Origin: Octopus vulgaris
Lineage: Eukaryota
DNA: 64,000 nucleotides
Direction: 5' to 3'
Assembly: GCA_951406725.2 (NCBI GenBank)
Contig: OX597823.1
Span: 63,674,001 to 63,738,000, forward strand
The first letter of the stretch is position 1; every line of letters starts with the position of its first letter. The notes beneath the pieces are model-generated. The model searched no databases, was not told the origin of the DNA, and saw nothing but the letters and a program-made list of their open reading frames with translations. Below, in pieces: positions 13,230 to 27,417 of this stretch. Made by a program: the position numbers and the translations under genes.

Positions 13230-13600
13230 ATCATCTTCTTCGTCAGAACTATCTCGCATCCGCGAATATAGTTACTTCTTCACTGAACACTTTCTTTATG
13301 GTGATGGCGTTGACGGTTCTGTAGACCAATTCTTGCATTAAAGTGTCACTAGCTTTGACTGCATGGTAATATTGGTGGAAAACGAGGTTGATTTTATCGT
13401 CTGATTTCTTCCTTTTCACTTCTGGCAGTTTTTGTTTCCAATGGTCATGCAACACCGCCACTCGGCACGGTCTCAGGCTTGTGTTTCAAACGGTTTAGGC
13501 TCAAGTCCAGTGGCTTTCAGTGTTGTTTTGAGTTGGTTCTTGTACCTTCGAGGAAGGAAACTACGTGGTCTTTTCCCTGAAGTAAGTTCGCTGAATAATA
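13230..13600 (-). mobile_element. RTE LINE 3' fragment
   Basis: Minus strand ILFSELTSGKRPRSFLPRRYKNQLKTTLKATGL...DRAEWR, an RTE C-terminus with stops. Confidence 0.65.
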
Positions 13601-13911
13601 TACCCTTCCTAAATCAGACGAAGGAGATAATACTCAATGCATAGAGCTATAACACTAACACAATAACAAACCTTTCAACAGTTTTCATTTTTTTGTAAAG
13701 TTACATGTAAAAACAATTGAACTGAAGGTCTACTCCAGACATGAGCTAACTGCGGCTTACGAGACTTACTGAAAGGCATTCCAAATGAAAAATTACCTTG
13801 AATATTATTTGTAGTGATCATTGTCTGTTGATGCTTCTAGTATCAGCCCCATTCTCAAAAAGTTGACCATGCCTGGTGTACTTAATACTGTTTAGTAGAG
13901 ACTATGTGTAT

Positions 13912-14205
13912 AATGCAAATATATGGGAAACTACCACCTGTGTCATCTCTTGTGAAAGGTAGGAGAGTCCAGTTTGCTGGACATTGTTGTAGAGCTGAAA
14001 AAGAAGTAATTTCTACTCTTCTCCTCTGGAAGCCATCTACTCGCAATACCAGAGGGCGCACACTCTCCTACCCTGATGCAATCTCCAGGGATACAGGCAT
14101 CCAGCAACAGGACCTCCGCAATGCCATGATGGACTGTGAAGTCTGGCGTAGCATGGTAAATTCCATTGTCTCGATCACGGTCGAACAATGATGATGATGA
14201 TGATG
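13912..14205 (+). mobile_element. 5'-truncated RTE/RTE-X-like LINE 3' end
   Basis: IYGKLPPVSSLVKGRRVQFAGHCCR...AMMDCEVWRSMV followed directly by a (TGA)n tail. Confidence 0.75.
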
Positions 14206-14310
14206 TGTATTAATGTTTACAAGTAAACTTTTGATAGTGATTTCGAAGTTTCGGTTTACCACCCGAGACCCAATCACCTATATGTGTGTGTGTGTTTAGA
14301 AGGTTGACTA

Positions 14311-14392
14311 TTATGGCCTGCCTGACGAGTCGCCTATACAGCTAAGCGCTTTATAAGTGTGAAACCAACGGTCACTCCCTGACTGGCCATAA
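14311..14392 (+). ncRNA. Degenerate type-I hammerhead ribozyme motif
   Basis: CTGACGA (14322-28), stem II, GAAA (14361-64), CC-AAC-GG, TC; distal stem I TTATGGCC/GGCCATAA intact, proximal stem I mispaired. Confidence 0.45.
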
Positions 14393-14468
14393 CAATAAAC
14401 CTTCCTGATGTATTACTGCTCTATTGTTTTAGAGTGTGCTTCTTTCTGTGATACATGAAGTACAGGAT

Positions 14469-14558
<90 letters not shown>

Positions 14559-14744
14559 GCATGCATGCATGTATGTATATAAAAAGATAAATCGCAGTCA
14601 TTTTCGACCACTTGAGTTACTTGCTAAAAGAGGTTAAATATTCCGCAGATACACGTACCCTGAAAGAAATTCTCAGCCAGAATCAATACTAGAATGATTG
14701 TGTAACAATTTGCAGAAAATTCCTCTCATCTATATATATATATA

Positions 14745-15243
14745 TAGGTACTTAATTTATCGACCGAAAGGATGAAAGGCAAAGTCGACTTCGTCGGAAT
14801 TTGAACTCAGAACGTAGCGGCAAACGAAATACCTATTTCTATTTCTTTACTACCCACAAGGGGCTAAACACAGAGAGGACAAACGGATTAAGTCGATTAT
14901 ATCGATCCCAGTGTGTAACTGTTACTTAGTTAATTGACCCCGAAAGGATGAAAGGCAAAGTCGACCTCGGCGGAATTTGAACTCAGAACGTAGTGGCAGA
15001 CGAAATACCTATTTCTTTATTAGCCACAAGGGGCTAAACACAGAGGGGACAAACAAAGACAGACATAGGTATTAAGTCGATTACATCGACCCCAGTGCGT
15101 AACTGCTACTTAATTTATCGACCCCGAAAGGATGAAAGGCAAAGTCGACCTCGGCGGAATTTGAACTCAGAACGTAGTGGCAGACGAAATACCGCTAAGC
15201 ATTTCGCCCGGCGTGCTGACGTTTCTGCCAGCTCGCCGCCTTA
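14745..15243 (-). mobile_element. Head-to-tail trimer of a tRNA-type SINE (family B)
   Basis: Head GGCGGCGAGCTGGCAGAA...GTTCAAATTCC (A/B-box-like); core GCCTTTCATCCTTTCGGGGTCGAT; tail ...TTAGCCCCTTGTGGCTAATAAAGAAATA; three units, the third truncated. Confidence 0.85.
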
Positions 15244-15809
15244 GACAGGCGAAATACCATGAAGCATTTCGGCCGGCATGTTAACAATTCTGCAAGCTGA
15301 CCACTTTAGATAATATTAGTTTCAAATTGCGGCACAGGAACAACAATTACGACGAGCGGGTAAGCCGCTTACATCGACCCCCAATTTTTAAATGATACTG
15401 AATTATGGACCCCGAAAGTATGTAAGCCAAAGTCGACCTTGGTGGAATTTGAACTTTGAACGGACGAAATGGCGGCTAAGCGTGTTAACGATTCCTCCAG
15501 ATCGCCGTCTTGGATAATATTAATAAAAAGTACAGGGACTTTTCATACAATATGTGTGTATGTGTGTGTGTGTGTGTCTGTGTGTGTGTGTGTGTAGCGT
15601 ATTGCTCCGTTACTTAGGGGGATGAACCAAATAGTAGCTTGCATTTAAATCTTGTGTATATTATATATATGTGTATGTTATATATAAGGCGTGCTGTGTG
15701 GTAAGAAGTTGGCTTCTTAGCAACACGGTTCCATGTTTAGCTCCAGCATGGCCGCAGTCAAATGACTGGAATAAGTAAAAGAATAAAAGATATATTGTTT
15801 TTATTCCTT

Positions 15810-16045
15810 TTATTCTTTTAGCTGTTTCAGTCATCTTACTGCGGCCATACTGGAACACGGCCTTGAAAGATTATTTTTCTTTTCCCTTTAGTCGAAGAAA
15901 TCGACCCCAGGACTTATTCCCTGCAAGCCTGGTACTTATTCTATGGGTTTCTTTTGCCGAACTTTTAAAGTAACGGGGACGTAAACAGACCAACATCGGT
16001 TGTCAAGGGATGGTAGGAGACCAACACAGTCACAAGAACACATAC

Positions 16046-16088
<43 letters not shown>

Positions 16089-16404
16089 CGCAGGAGTGGC
16101 TGTGTGCTAAGTGTCTTCTACTATAGCCCCAGGTCGACCAAAGCCTTGTGAGTGGATTTGGTAGACGGAAACTGAAAGAAGCCTGTCGTATATATGTTTA
16201 TATATACGTGTGTGTGTGTTTGTTCCCCAACATGGCTTGACAACCGATGCTGATGTGCTTACGTCCCAATAAACTAGCGGTTCGGCAAAAGAGACCGATA
16301 GAATAAGTACTGGGCTTACAAAGAATAAGTCCTGGTGTCGATTTGCTCGACTAATTGTGGTGCTCCAGCATGGCCACAGTCAAATGACTGAAACAAGTAA
16401 AGGG
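15810..16404. mobile_element. Two oppositely oriented copies of SINE family A around a (TA)n tract
   Basis: Partial minus copy 15810-16050 and internally deleted plus copy 16086-16404 share GATAGAATAAGTAC...CCAGCATGGCC..AGTCAAATGACTGAAAC. Confidence 0.8.
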
Positions 16405-16426
16405 TATATATATATATATATATATA

Positions 16427-16651
16427 ATAAAATATTAGGGAATAAATCCAAACTTACAGGGAAAAATCAGATTTAGGATTAAATCCAATTTTATAGTAAA
16501 TTATATTATATTAAATCAGAGATAAAACCACTATTAGGCAAATCAAACAATGAAAAACATAAGCCAATACATAAAATTAATTAATATATATTATTTTAAA
16601 TATATATCAAAAGTATTAAAAGTTTAATAAAAGATAAATATCTCTAATTTA

Positions 16652-16660
<9 letters not shown>
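16427..16660 (-). mobile_element. AT-rich (TA)n-embedded element, truncated sister of 26632-26930
   Basis: GAATAAATCCAAACTTACAGGGAAAAATCAGATTTAGGATT...GGCAAATCAAACAATGAA is shared with 26640-26760. Confidence 0.75.
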
Positions 16661-16708
<48 letters not shown>

Positions 16709-16765
16709 CTTATTACTGAGATAAATAATGAAAAAAACTTAAAATAAACAAAAAAGAAATATTAC

Positions 16766-16820
16766 CTGGCAGGGAGAGACCCAGTAAACATAGTAAAGTC
16801 CATAGTTTATAGGGATCCAT
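16766..16820 (-). CDS. Probable first coding exon (signal peptide) of an unidentified secreted or membrane protein
   Basis: AGG-ATG-G start; MDPYKLWTLLCLLGLSLP + G, then CAG|GTAAT donor (phase 1); upstream polypyrimidine/TAG acceptor near 16872; unique non-repeat sequence. Confidence 0.55.
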
Positions 16821-17249
16821 CCTAATGCTCTTTTCTTACTCCTTTCAGCGAGCAAGTCGTTGTGTGTCGGTCTACCCGAAAGAAACAACAACAATAATAA
16901 ACAGCAGCTGAATGTAACGCAACCAACAGCAGCAAAAACAAGAAAAAGAAAACTAAAAATAATAATAATAATAAATAAAATGACAGGAAAAAGATGAAAG
17001 GGAGGATAAGAGGAGGAGGAGGAGGAGGAGGAGGAGGAGGCACGGAAACGAACAATAAAACAAATAAAGCAGAAAAAATTTTAATACGAAAAAAAAGTAG
17101 AAAAAAAATAATTAAAGAATCAAAACAATGAATAATAACAAGCGGAATAATTCAAACTGTACCAAGATGTGTTTTCTAAACAAGGTGCGTTTTGTGTGGG
17201 TTAAAATAGGACTTTAATACATACATACACAGTATACATGTTATCATTT

Positions 17250-17256
17250 CACCACC

Positions 17257-17296
<40 letters not shown>

Positions 17297-17324
17297 CACC
17301 ACCACCACCACTACTACAACTACA

Positions 17325-17377
<53 letters not shown>

Positions 17378-17939
17378 CACCACCACCACTACTACTACTA
17401 CTACCACCACCACCACTACTGCTGCTGCTGCTATTACCACCACCACCACCACCATCACAATCAGTATTGCTTAACCACCAACCTCCGCCGCCACCGCAGC
17501 CGCACCATCGCTATCAGTATTATTATCCAGCGGGAGCAATACCACCCGCCACTACCACTACCACCAACCACAACAACCTCTACTATCACCATCGCCGCGG
17601 CCGCCACCACAACCACCACCATCACCACCACCACCACCAACACCACCACCACCATTCTAGCACTGCAACTACCATTACCACCACCACTACCACCACTGCC
17701 ACCGCCACTACCACTACTGCTATTAGTATATCAGCAACACCATCACCACCACCTCTACTACTACCAATATACAACCGACATACTACGCTATCGCCACCAC
17801 CACCACTACTACCACTACCACTACTACCACCACCACTAGTACTACCACCACTACTACAACCACCGGTAGTTTAGCCACTAATATTACCACCACAAGTACT
17901 AGCATCATTGCTACTACTATTACTACCGCCACCACTACA

Positions 17940-17971
<32 letters not shown>

Positions 17972-17990
17972 CACCACAACTACTACTACA
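17250..17990. repeat. Compound (ACT)n/(ACC)n trinucleotide microsatellite
   Basis: Visible directly; source of the poly-T/P/H/V pseudo-ORFs. Confidence 0.95.
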
Positions 17991-18262
17991 GTTTATATTA
18001 CCAGCAATACCAGCAACAGTAATAACACCATCCCCACAAACGCATGTGTATCTGAGTATATGTTGTTGATATTTAGTTCCAGGTGAACTCCAATCGAGAT
18101 TTATGATCAAACGTTTCCAATTGTGACCATCCCATCATGTACATCAGGTCCTGTGCAATTCTCTATTGAAAACGGAATGCTGTTTGGCTTCTATTTCTAG
18201 TAGATCGAGCTACCGCATAGAGATCTCCAACCTCACCAACTCAGTTATATGCCTCTGTATAA

Positions 18263-18330
<68 letters not shown>

Positions 18331-18343
18331 GTAGGTAGGTAGG

Positions 18344-19775
<1,432 letters not shown>

Positions 19776-19794
19776 ATAGATAGATAGATAGATA

Positions 19795-20319
<525 letters not shown>

Positions 20320-20508
20320 TTAGTGGTTTATAATGTTTATATTGTATACAAACTAGAACTCACCTGGACTAATCTGCCAGGAAGTTCATGCACTAATTAA
20401 ATAATTTAAAATATATCATGCAATATTTCGTCGTGCTTTGTGCCGTCAACTGCTTCATGAAGTTGGACAGGCACAGTTGTGACGTGCCAGTGATTCCAGA
20501 AAAGTAAG

Positions 20509-20570
<62 letters not shown>

Positions 20571-21194
20571 CTTGACTCTAATCGTTTTTTATCCAACGAC
20601 CTCAAAAGATAAATGGAGAGCAAAGTTTACCTCGATAGGATTTGAACTCTGAATGTAGAAAAGATTAACACAAAGTAAACTATACCTTCTTTAAACAAAC
20701 ATACACTTTCAATAAACATACTCTTTTAACCTCGCAATAAAAACAAACCAAATAGTTTCCCTGTAGGTTTAAACCTTTACGTGGGTGGGTCTAAGATAGA
20801 TTTGACCAGGCTTGTTAATCTCTCGTAAATGAGAACTGTCTATCTTTAATGCCCACATTCCATTTTCGAGAAAAAGTTTTTAAAAATTCATTAAAAATTT
20901 TTTTAAATTCTATTTTATTTTATTTATTCTGTTTTATTCTTCAAGATTATAATATTTTATTGTAACTTCATTTTTTTTACTTTCATTCCAATATTGGGAC
21001 TATTACCCTCTTATTGTTGTTTTATTATCACCCCATGGTTATTGGTATTGTTATTTCTGTTACTATTTTGGAAGATTATCGTATTGTTATTACCTCCGTT
21101 TTCGCTAAGGCGGAGGTATTATCTACAGTCGTGTGTGTTTGTCCGTGGATAAGATATCTCAAGAACCACGGATGAAACCTTCAGGGATGTTTGG

Positions 21195-23003
21195 TTTTAT
21201 TATTGCCCATACAGGCGCACAAAGAGGGGAACACAATATGAACGGGGTCATATACAATTGTATGGGTTTAAAAATTTACAATGACAGATGATTAACGAAT
21301 GAAACACAAAAAACATTTACATATACAAAAATAACACAATGAGGCATTAAAAACAGGTCAGCTCACGACCCCACGAACCCTGTCTTTAATACTGACACTT
21401 TGGTAATCTTTCTGACCTGTTCCACCGATCCTCTGCCTTCTGGATTCGTTAGGATACCGCTCAGCTTTCGCAGTAATGATTCGAGGGCCATCACGTACAA
21501 AAGCAGAGAGAGCTGACACCCTTGGCGAACCGACCGTTTGATGCAGAACGGTTTCGAGAAAAAGCCGTTCACCCGAACGGTCGAGTCGATATTGTTGTGA
21601 AACTGTATGATCCACCTGAGGAAACCAAAACCCAGTTCGAACTGCGCGAGTACGTAAAACAGATACCGATGGTCTACGCCATCAAATGCTTTAGCTTGGT
21701 TTAAATGGACCAGTGCCCCACCTTTGCCAGAATTATTACCATACCATTCTACAGTGTAGGGTATAATATAAAGAGTATTCTGGATGGTTCTGCTAGGGAC
21801 TGCACAAGTTTGTGCCTCCCCAATCAAGCCATCCGCGACACGCGTCAATCTTTTTGCTAGCACCTTGGCCAAAATATTCATCTCTGCGTTCAGCAGTGTG
21901 ATGGGCCTAAAATCATCTATATCCCCCTTGTCCGGGTCCTTCCTGACCAGCGTCACTACTCCCCGGCGCACAACTGTGGGAATAAACCTATGCTGTTGCC
22001 TGTTTGCGTGAACGTTAGCCAGTACGTACCCGAATAAATCTGACATACTTTTATATAGCACGTACGGTAGACCACTGAGTCCCGGCGCCTTACCACCGCC
22101 GCAGTCCGCTATGGCTCCAATCACTCCCTCAGATGTGATTGACCCTTCACAACTCTCTGCGTCCTGCCCCGAGCAGCGCGGCAGCCCGGCGAGGAAGTCT
22201 GTAAGGTCTATCCTACTATCCGGTCCATCGCTCCCCACGAAAAGCTGGGCGAAGTGCTCCTGAAAGGTCCGACACATCTCCTCGGGCTCGTTTATCAGAT
22301 CACCTTGTGTATTCACCAAAGATCGAATTATGGAATCATTTCCACGCTGAGCTTCTACAACACGTGCCCTTCCAGCGGCCTTGATTCTCTCGCTCCCCAT
22401 TGCACGAAGTCTAGCTCTGACGAAATGTCAGATGTGTTTGGCTTCGAGGTGCTGGTTTAACTCCAGTTTCTTCGCCCTCAACTGGGATGCGTCGGCAGTT
22501 CTCATGGTTTCCTCTAGAGCCTAAACTAATTCAGTTTCCTTCTTACGCCCTCTAGCCACTAAACCTATACTGTATCTAATAGACTCGAATTTAATAGCTC
22601 TTTTGAGGGCGTACCACCATTTGTTGTTAATAATGGAACCGGTCGACGCCCTCTGTATTAATAACTTAATCCGGCTCCTGTACTCCTCAATCGCCAAAAG
22701 GGACTTATTGAGTTTCCAGTAGCCAGAACCCTTACTACGTAGCTTATCTGAGTACAGTTTACATGCTGTAACTGACCAGGTGAAACTGTGGACACATAAC
22801 TATGTCTTTATCTAGTTTTCTAATAAGAATCCTATGTAAGACCTAGAAGACCCGTCGCTATTTGGTCATGTTCACTATGGAGCGTCCGAGAATTCTAGTC
22901 TGTAGGGATCTACTAGCTGAAAGCGACTTAATAGATCCCAGAAGCCAATGTTAGGTTTTCTACCATAATTAGAGCCAACACTATCCACGCGCGCAGACAG
23001 AAA
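21195..23003 (-). mobile_element. L1/Tx1-clade LINE fragment (APE end + RT start, internally deleted, joined to 3' UTR)
   Basis: ORF 22400-21363 with GKAPGLSGLP, DFRPITLLNAEMNILAK, QAKAFDGVDH and VRQGCQLS; upstream GSGYWKLN; the YADD region is missing. Confidence 0.88.
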
Positions 23004-23261
23004 GGAAACGAGCTTCCTCTTCCGATTCCATTCTGACCTCCACCGTATCTCCGTATCTCCTTCCTCTCGCTATGTATTTCACCTTACGCCATATTGGCTT
23101 TAGGCATTTTTCGGTCTCTTTTTTCGATTCTTTTTTCTTTCACCTTGTAACGTCTTGTATATCAGCGTCTTCTTTTCTCAATCCTCAATAATACTTTTTG
23201 GAGGGGGCCACTTTAAACTTCGTGCTCCCCCCTTGACATTATTATGTTTATTCTCTTTTTC

Positions 23262-23473
23262 TCTTTTTCTCTTTTACTTGTTTTAGTCGTCATTTGACTG
23301 CGGCCATGCTGGAGCACCGCCTTTAATCGAGACAACTCGACCCCGGGACTTATTCTTTTTGTAGGCCCAGTACTTATTCTATCGGTCACTTTTGCCGAAC
23401 CGCTAAGTTATGGGACGTAAACACACCAGCATCGGCTGTCAAGCAATGTTGGATGACAAACACAGACACACAA

Positions 23474-23552
<79 letters not shown>

Positions 23553-23716
23553 CGATGGGCTTCTTTCAGTTTCCGTCTACGAAATCCACTCACAAGGCTT
23601 TGGTCGGCCCGATGCTATAGTAAAAGACACTTGCCCAAGGTGTCACGCAGTGGGTCTGAACCCGGAACCATGTGGTTGGTAAACAAGCTACATACCACAC
23701 AGTCACTCCTGCGCCT
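23262..23716 (-). mobile_element. SINE family A (tRNA-like head, internal (TA)n/(TG)n)
   Basis: Head AGGCGCAGGAGTGACTGTGTGG...GGTTCCGGGTTCAG; CACCTTGGGCAAGTGTC core; GTAAAAGAG tail. Confidence 0.88.
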
Positions 23717-24339
23717 ATTGAGATTTATTTTTTAGTTTTCGCTCCTGTGACAGCGGCGAAGTCAAGCTTCTTCTTATACTTTTCTTTCTTTTCTTCTACC
23801 TTTTCTTTCGTTAGTGTACAATGTGTTTCAATGTTCTTTTTTCTCATTGTAGCTGGCATTATTCACTCTCTCAATCTCAGGTATTCATCGTCGGAATCAC
23901 TAAATTGTTTTTCGACCAATTTTTCCACCCCTCCTCCCTCATGCACCTCTTCTCCTCTTCTCTTGGCTTTTCAACACAAGCCGTAAAGAAGGCTTCCCCG
24001 CGCCGGGGAAAACAATAATTGTTTTACAAACAATTCAAAAGAATAGTTCAACAAAAACAAACAAACTTTAACAACTCCTCCCCGACACAACAACGCAATC
24101 CAACCAAACACAAAAACCACTCCAACACAGCTAAACTTTCATGTAGATTTCGCCTCGTGACTTGCACGAACTGATTAGATTTTGGGATCGATCTGCTACC
24201 GGACAAGGATTCTGAATTGTTTTTCCTGTTTTTTTTTTACTTAATTTGTGCTGATCCATGTTTGAGACTGCAGTCCAGTGACTGAAACTAGTAAAAGATA
24301 AAAGATATATTTGTGTGCAACTACTGAAGATCAAGAATA

Positions 24340-24909
24340 GGATCTTTTCTAAAAGAAGGCCAGATTTTTCTAGTTAACTAAACAATTTGAAACTTCGTAT
24401 ACTGGTAGAATGTGTCAAAAGAAAACAATTGTAAACCAATATGAAAACGGAATTGTAATTTCTAAGTTTAACGTTGTTTAATAATTCGAATTTTAACCAA
24501 TGGTATTCTTTGTTTCGACCTCATATCATTTACTGCCTCTCAAAATATTGTTACTGTGACGTAAACAGCTATTTTGTGACGTACTTAACGTAAACATGTA
24601 AATAGCTAAAACGTTAACATCCGCTTATCGTAAACAGCTAAATTCGCTTGGCATCATACACAGCTTTTTCAGTTCCCTAGAATTATATTTGAAACAAAAT
24701 AAAAAGAAAAAGATTCATACGCATAAATATCCATCCTTAGACATCAGAAAGATTAGAAATGCAACAAAAATTTAAAATACCGGATCTTTACCTTTTGACC
24801 TACAGATTTAAAAAATAATTTTTTCTAACTAAACACTTTCAAACTTCGTGGAGTATATATAAAATTTGTGTAGATCCTAAATAGCTACACACACATGTAT
24901 ACAAACATA

Positions 24910-24984
<75 letters not shown>

Positions 24985-25970
24985 TATACACACATATTCT
25001 AATGCATATGCATATATGTGTATATATTTATAATGTGTGTGTATTATAGATGCATACATTATATATATATAAAAGATGTTTACATACAATATATATATAT
25101 GTTATATACATCTACATGTATATGTATGTATGAATATATAAGTACCACAGAATTTGAATCAAACTGTTTTGATCCATACATACACACACACACACATACA
25201 TACATACATACATACATACATACATACATACATACACATACTAAAATTACATCGTTGGAGCAGTAATTTATTTATGCATTTTTTGTTATACAATTTATTT
25301 TTAAGCTGAATCCCTATCCTGCCATTAACCCCTTTCTTATAAAATAGTTGAAGAATCTGGGGTGTAGGAATTGGGCCAGTATTAGAACTTTTAACTTCTT
25401 GCTCTCTATCTTATGATCTCCGAAATTTAAGAATCTTGTGTTAACTGGGCTCTTATTATTTACTCTGACTCTGCCACCACCTCAATGCAAAGACTATCAA
25501 TATCAGAATCATCTTCACAACCACCACTGAGACATCCTAACATAATCAATGCCACTACTACTATCATCATCATCCACTTCGCCACCACCACCACCACCTC
25601 TACAAAAACACCAACACTATAATTGCTGCCATCATACACATCCACTGTCACCACTACACCACCACCACCACTACCATGATAACCACATCTACCACAGCTG
25701 TTTGCTTACTTCTTACCCACGCTGTTTAAAATTTTCACAAAATAGCTGTCTACGTCACAGTAACACTATGCAGCTAATAATTTCAGATTAAAACAGACAA
25801 TACGATTGGTTAAAATTCGCAGATTTAAACTACGTTTAAACTTATAAAATACATTTTTCTCAAAAAAACTAGTTGAAATTAATGTTTTCTTTTGACACAT
25901 TCTACCAGTATACGAAGTTTCAAATTATTTAGTTAACTAGAAAAATCTGGCCTTCTTTTAGAAAAGATCC
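24340..25970. mobile_element. Non-autonomous DNA transposon with long TIRs and 8-bp TSD
   Basis: TSD CAAGAATA at 24332-39 and 25971-78; TIR GGATCTTTTCTAAAAGAAGGCCAGATTTTTCTAGTTAACTAAA, nearly perfect for ~88 bp and patchy to ~230 bp. Confidence 0.88.
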
Positions 25971-26121
25971 CAAGAATATATTGGATCAACTGAGAGATGT
26001 AGACGAGACTATTAATTCTGGAAAATTCATGTTTAAAATAGTAAGAGTTTTAGAGTTATTCCATTTCAAATAAAGGTGTTCCTCCATATTGATGCTTTGT
26101 ACAGAGAAAGTTAAACGTTTC

Positions 26122-26320
26122 TAGGGCGGCAAGTTGGCAGAATCATTAGCACTCTGGGCAAAATGCTTAACGGCATTTCGTCAGTTTTTACGTTCTGGGT
26201 TCAAAATTCGCCGAAGTCGACTTTGCCTTTCGGAGTCGGTAAAAGTTCAGTACTGGGGTTCGATGTAATCAACTTGCCCCTCCACCAAAATTGCTAGCCT
26301 TGTGCCCAAATTTGAAAGCA
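26122..26320 (+). mobile_element. SINE family B copy
   Basis: GGCGGCAAGTTGGCAGAATC...GGGTTCAAAATTCGCCGAAGTCGACTTTGCCTTTC. Confidence 0.75.
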
Positions 26321-26607
26321 GTATTAAATGTTTTTTCATCTACGAATAAAAATGGAATCTTTTTTTAAGATTGATCAGTTGTAATTATTGACATTTGTCA
26401 AAAATCTTTTTAAATTGAGCGAACCATTGAGCAAAGGGATTCATTAACTTATAATAGATGTCTTTTACTGCGAATCCTGTTGTGAAAGGACACTTGATCC
26501 ATACGAAGCCACCATATCGATAACCGAATCAATATCAAGAATTTTACTGCAGTATAATCACTAAGTGGATCTCTCGCTCAGAGATTTAAAACATGTTGTT
26601 TTTGTCG

Positions 26608-26631
<24 letters not shown>

Positions 26632-26640
<9 letters not shown>

Positions 26641-26928
26641 TGGAATAAATCCAAACTTACAGGGAAAAATCAGATTTAGGATTGAATCCAATTTTATAGT
26701 AAAATATTATATTATATTAAATTAGAGACAAAACCACTATTAGGCAAATCAAACAATGAACGACTTAAGCCAATACATATGATTAATTTATATTATTTAA
26801 ATATGTAACAAGATTATCAAAAAATATAATTAATATCCCACTACGATCGTTTCCTGCCTGCAGTCTTCAAATTTTTGAGTCGCAGTCATTCATCAGGTGG
26901 TTTAAATATTTTTCTTGGCGATGTTTAT

Positions 26929-26930
<2 letters not shown>
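26632..26930 (-). mobile_element. (TA)n-embedded Penelope-pLTR-like element carrying a hammerhead
   Basis: Flanked by (TA)n on both sides; shares sequence with 16427-16660; contains the hammerhead motif at 26838-26900. Confidence 0.6.
26838..26900 (-). ncRNA. Type-I hammerhead ribozyme motif
   Basis: Minus strand: CCAC CTGATGA [ATGACTGC...GCAGGCAG] GAAA CGATCG TA GTGG; stem I CCAC/GTGG; palindromic stem III; first pair of stem II mismatched. Confidence 0.7.
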
Positions 26931-26966
<36 letters not shown>

Positions 26967-27417
26967 TGGTTAATCGTTTACAAATTTAAATATTCAAATA
27001 TCGGGAGAGAAGGTTTGGATACCACAAAGCGAACTCATATTTTTTTCTTTTCCCTGAGTTGAAAATTCGTGCTTAGACTCAATCATGATTCTCTTGAATT
27101 TGTCTCCAATCCCCCAAAAGATCTGCCAAAGGTTACGTGTTCTAGGATACTGGAGTATATATAATTTTAGAATATTAATACCTAATATTCTAAAATTATA
27201 TATACCTAAAATCATATTTAATTAAACTATAACAACGCATCACAAAAACGAATATTATAAACTATTATAATAAAAACAATAAAACTAAATAGCCCATTTT
27301 ATACTCAGATATAATTTAAATATATATATCATTAAGTACCTATTATTTTTTATGATATTTAAATAATATTTATATATTACACAAACACAAAAATCATATT
27401 TTTGTGTTTGTGTACAT

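Noticed and set aside
17238-18110. Poly-Thr/Pro/His ORFs resembling mucin or extensin
   Set aside because: Trinucleotide microsatellite with no splice or domain evidence.
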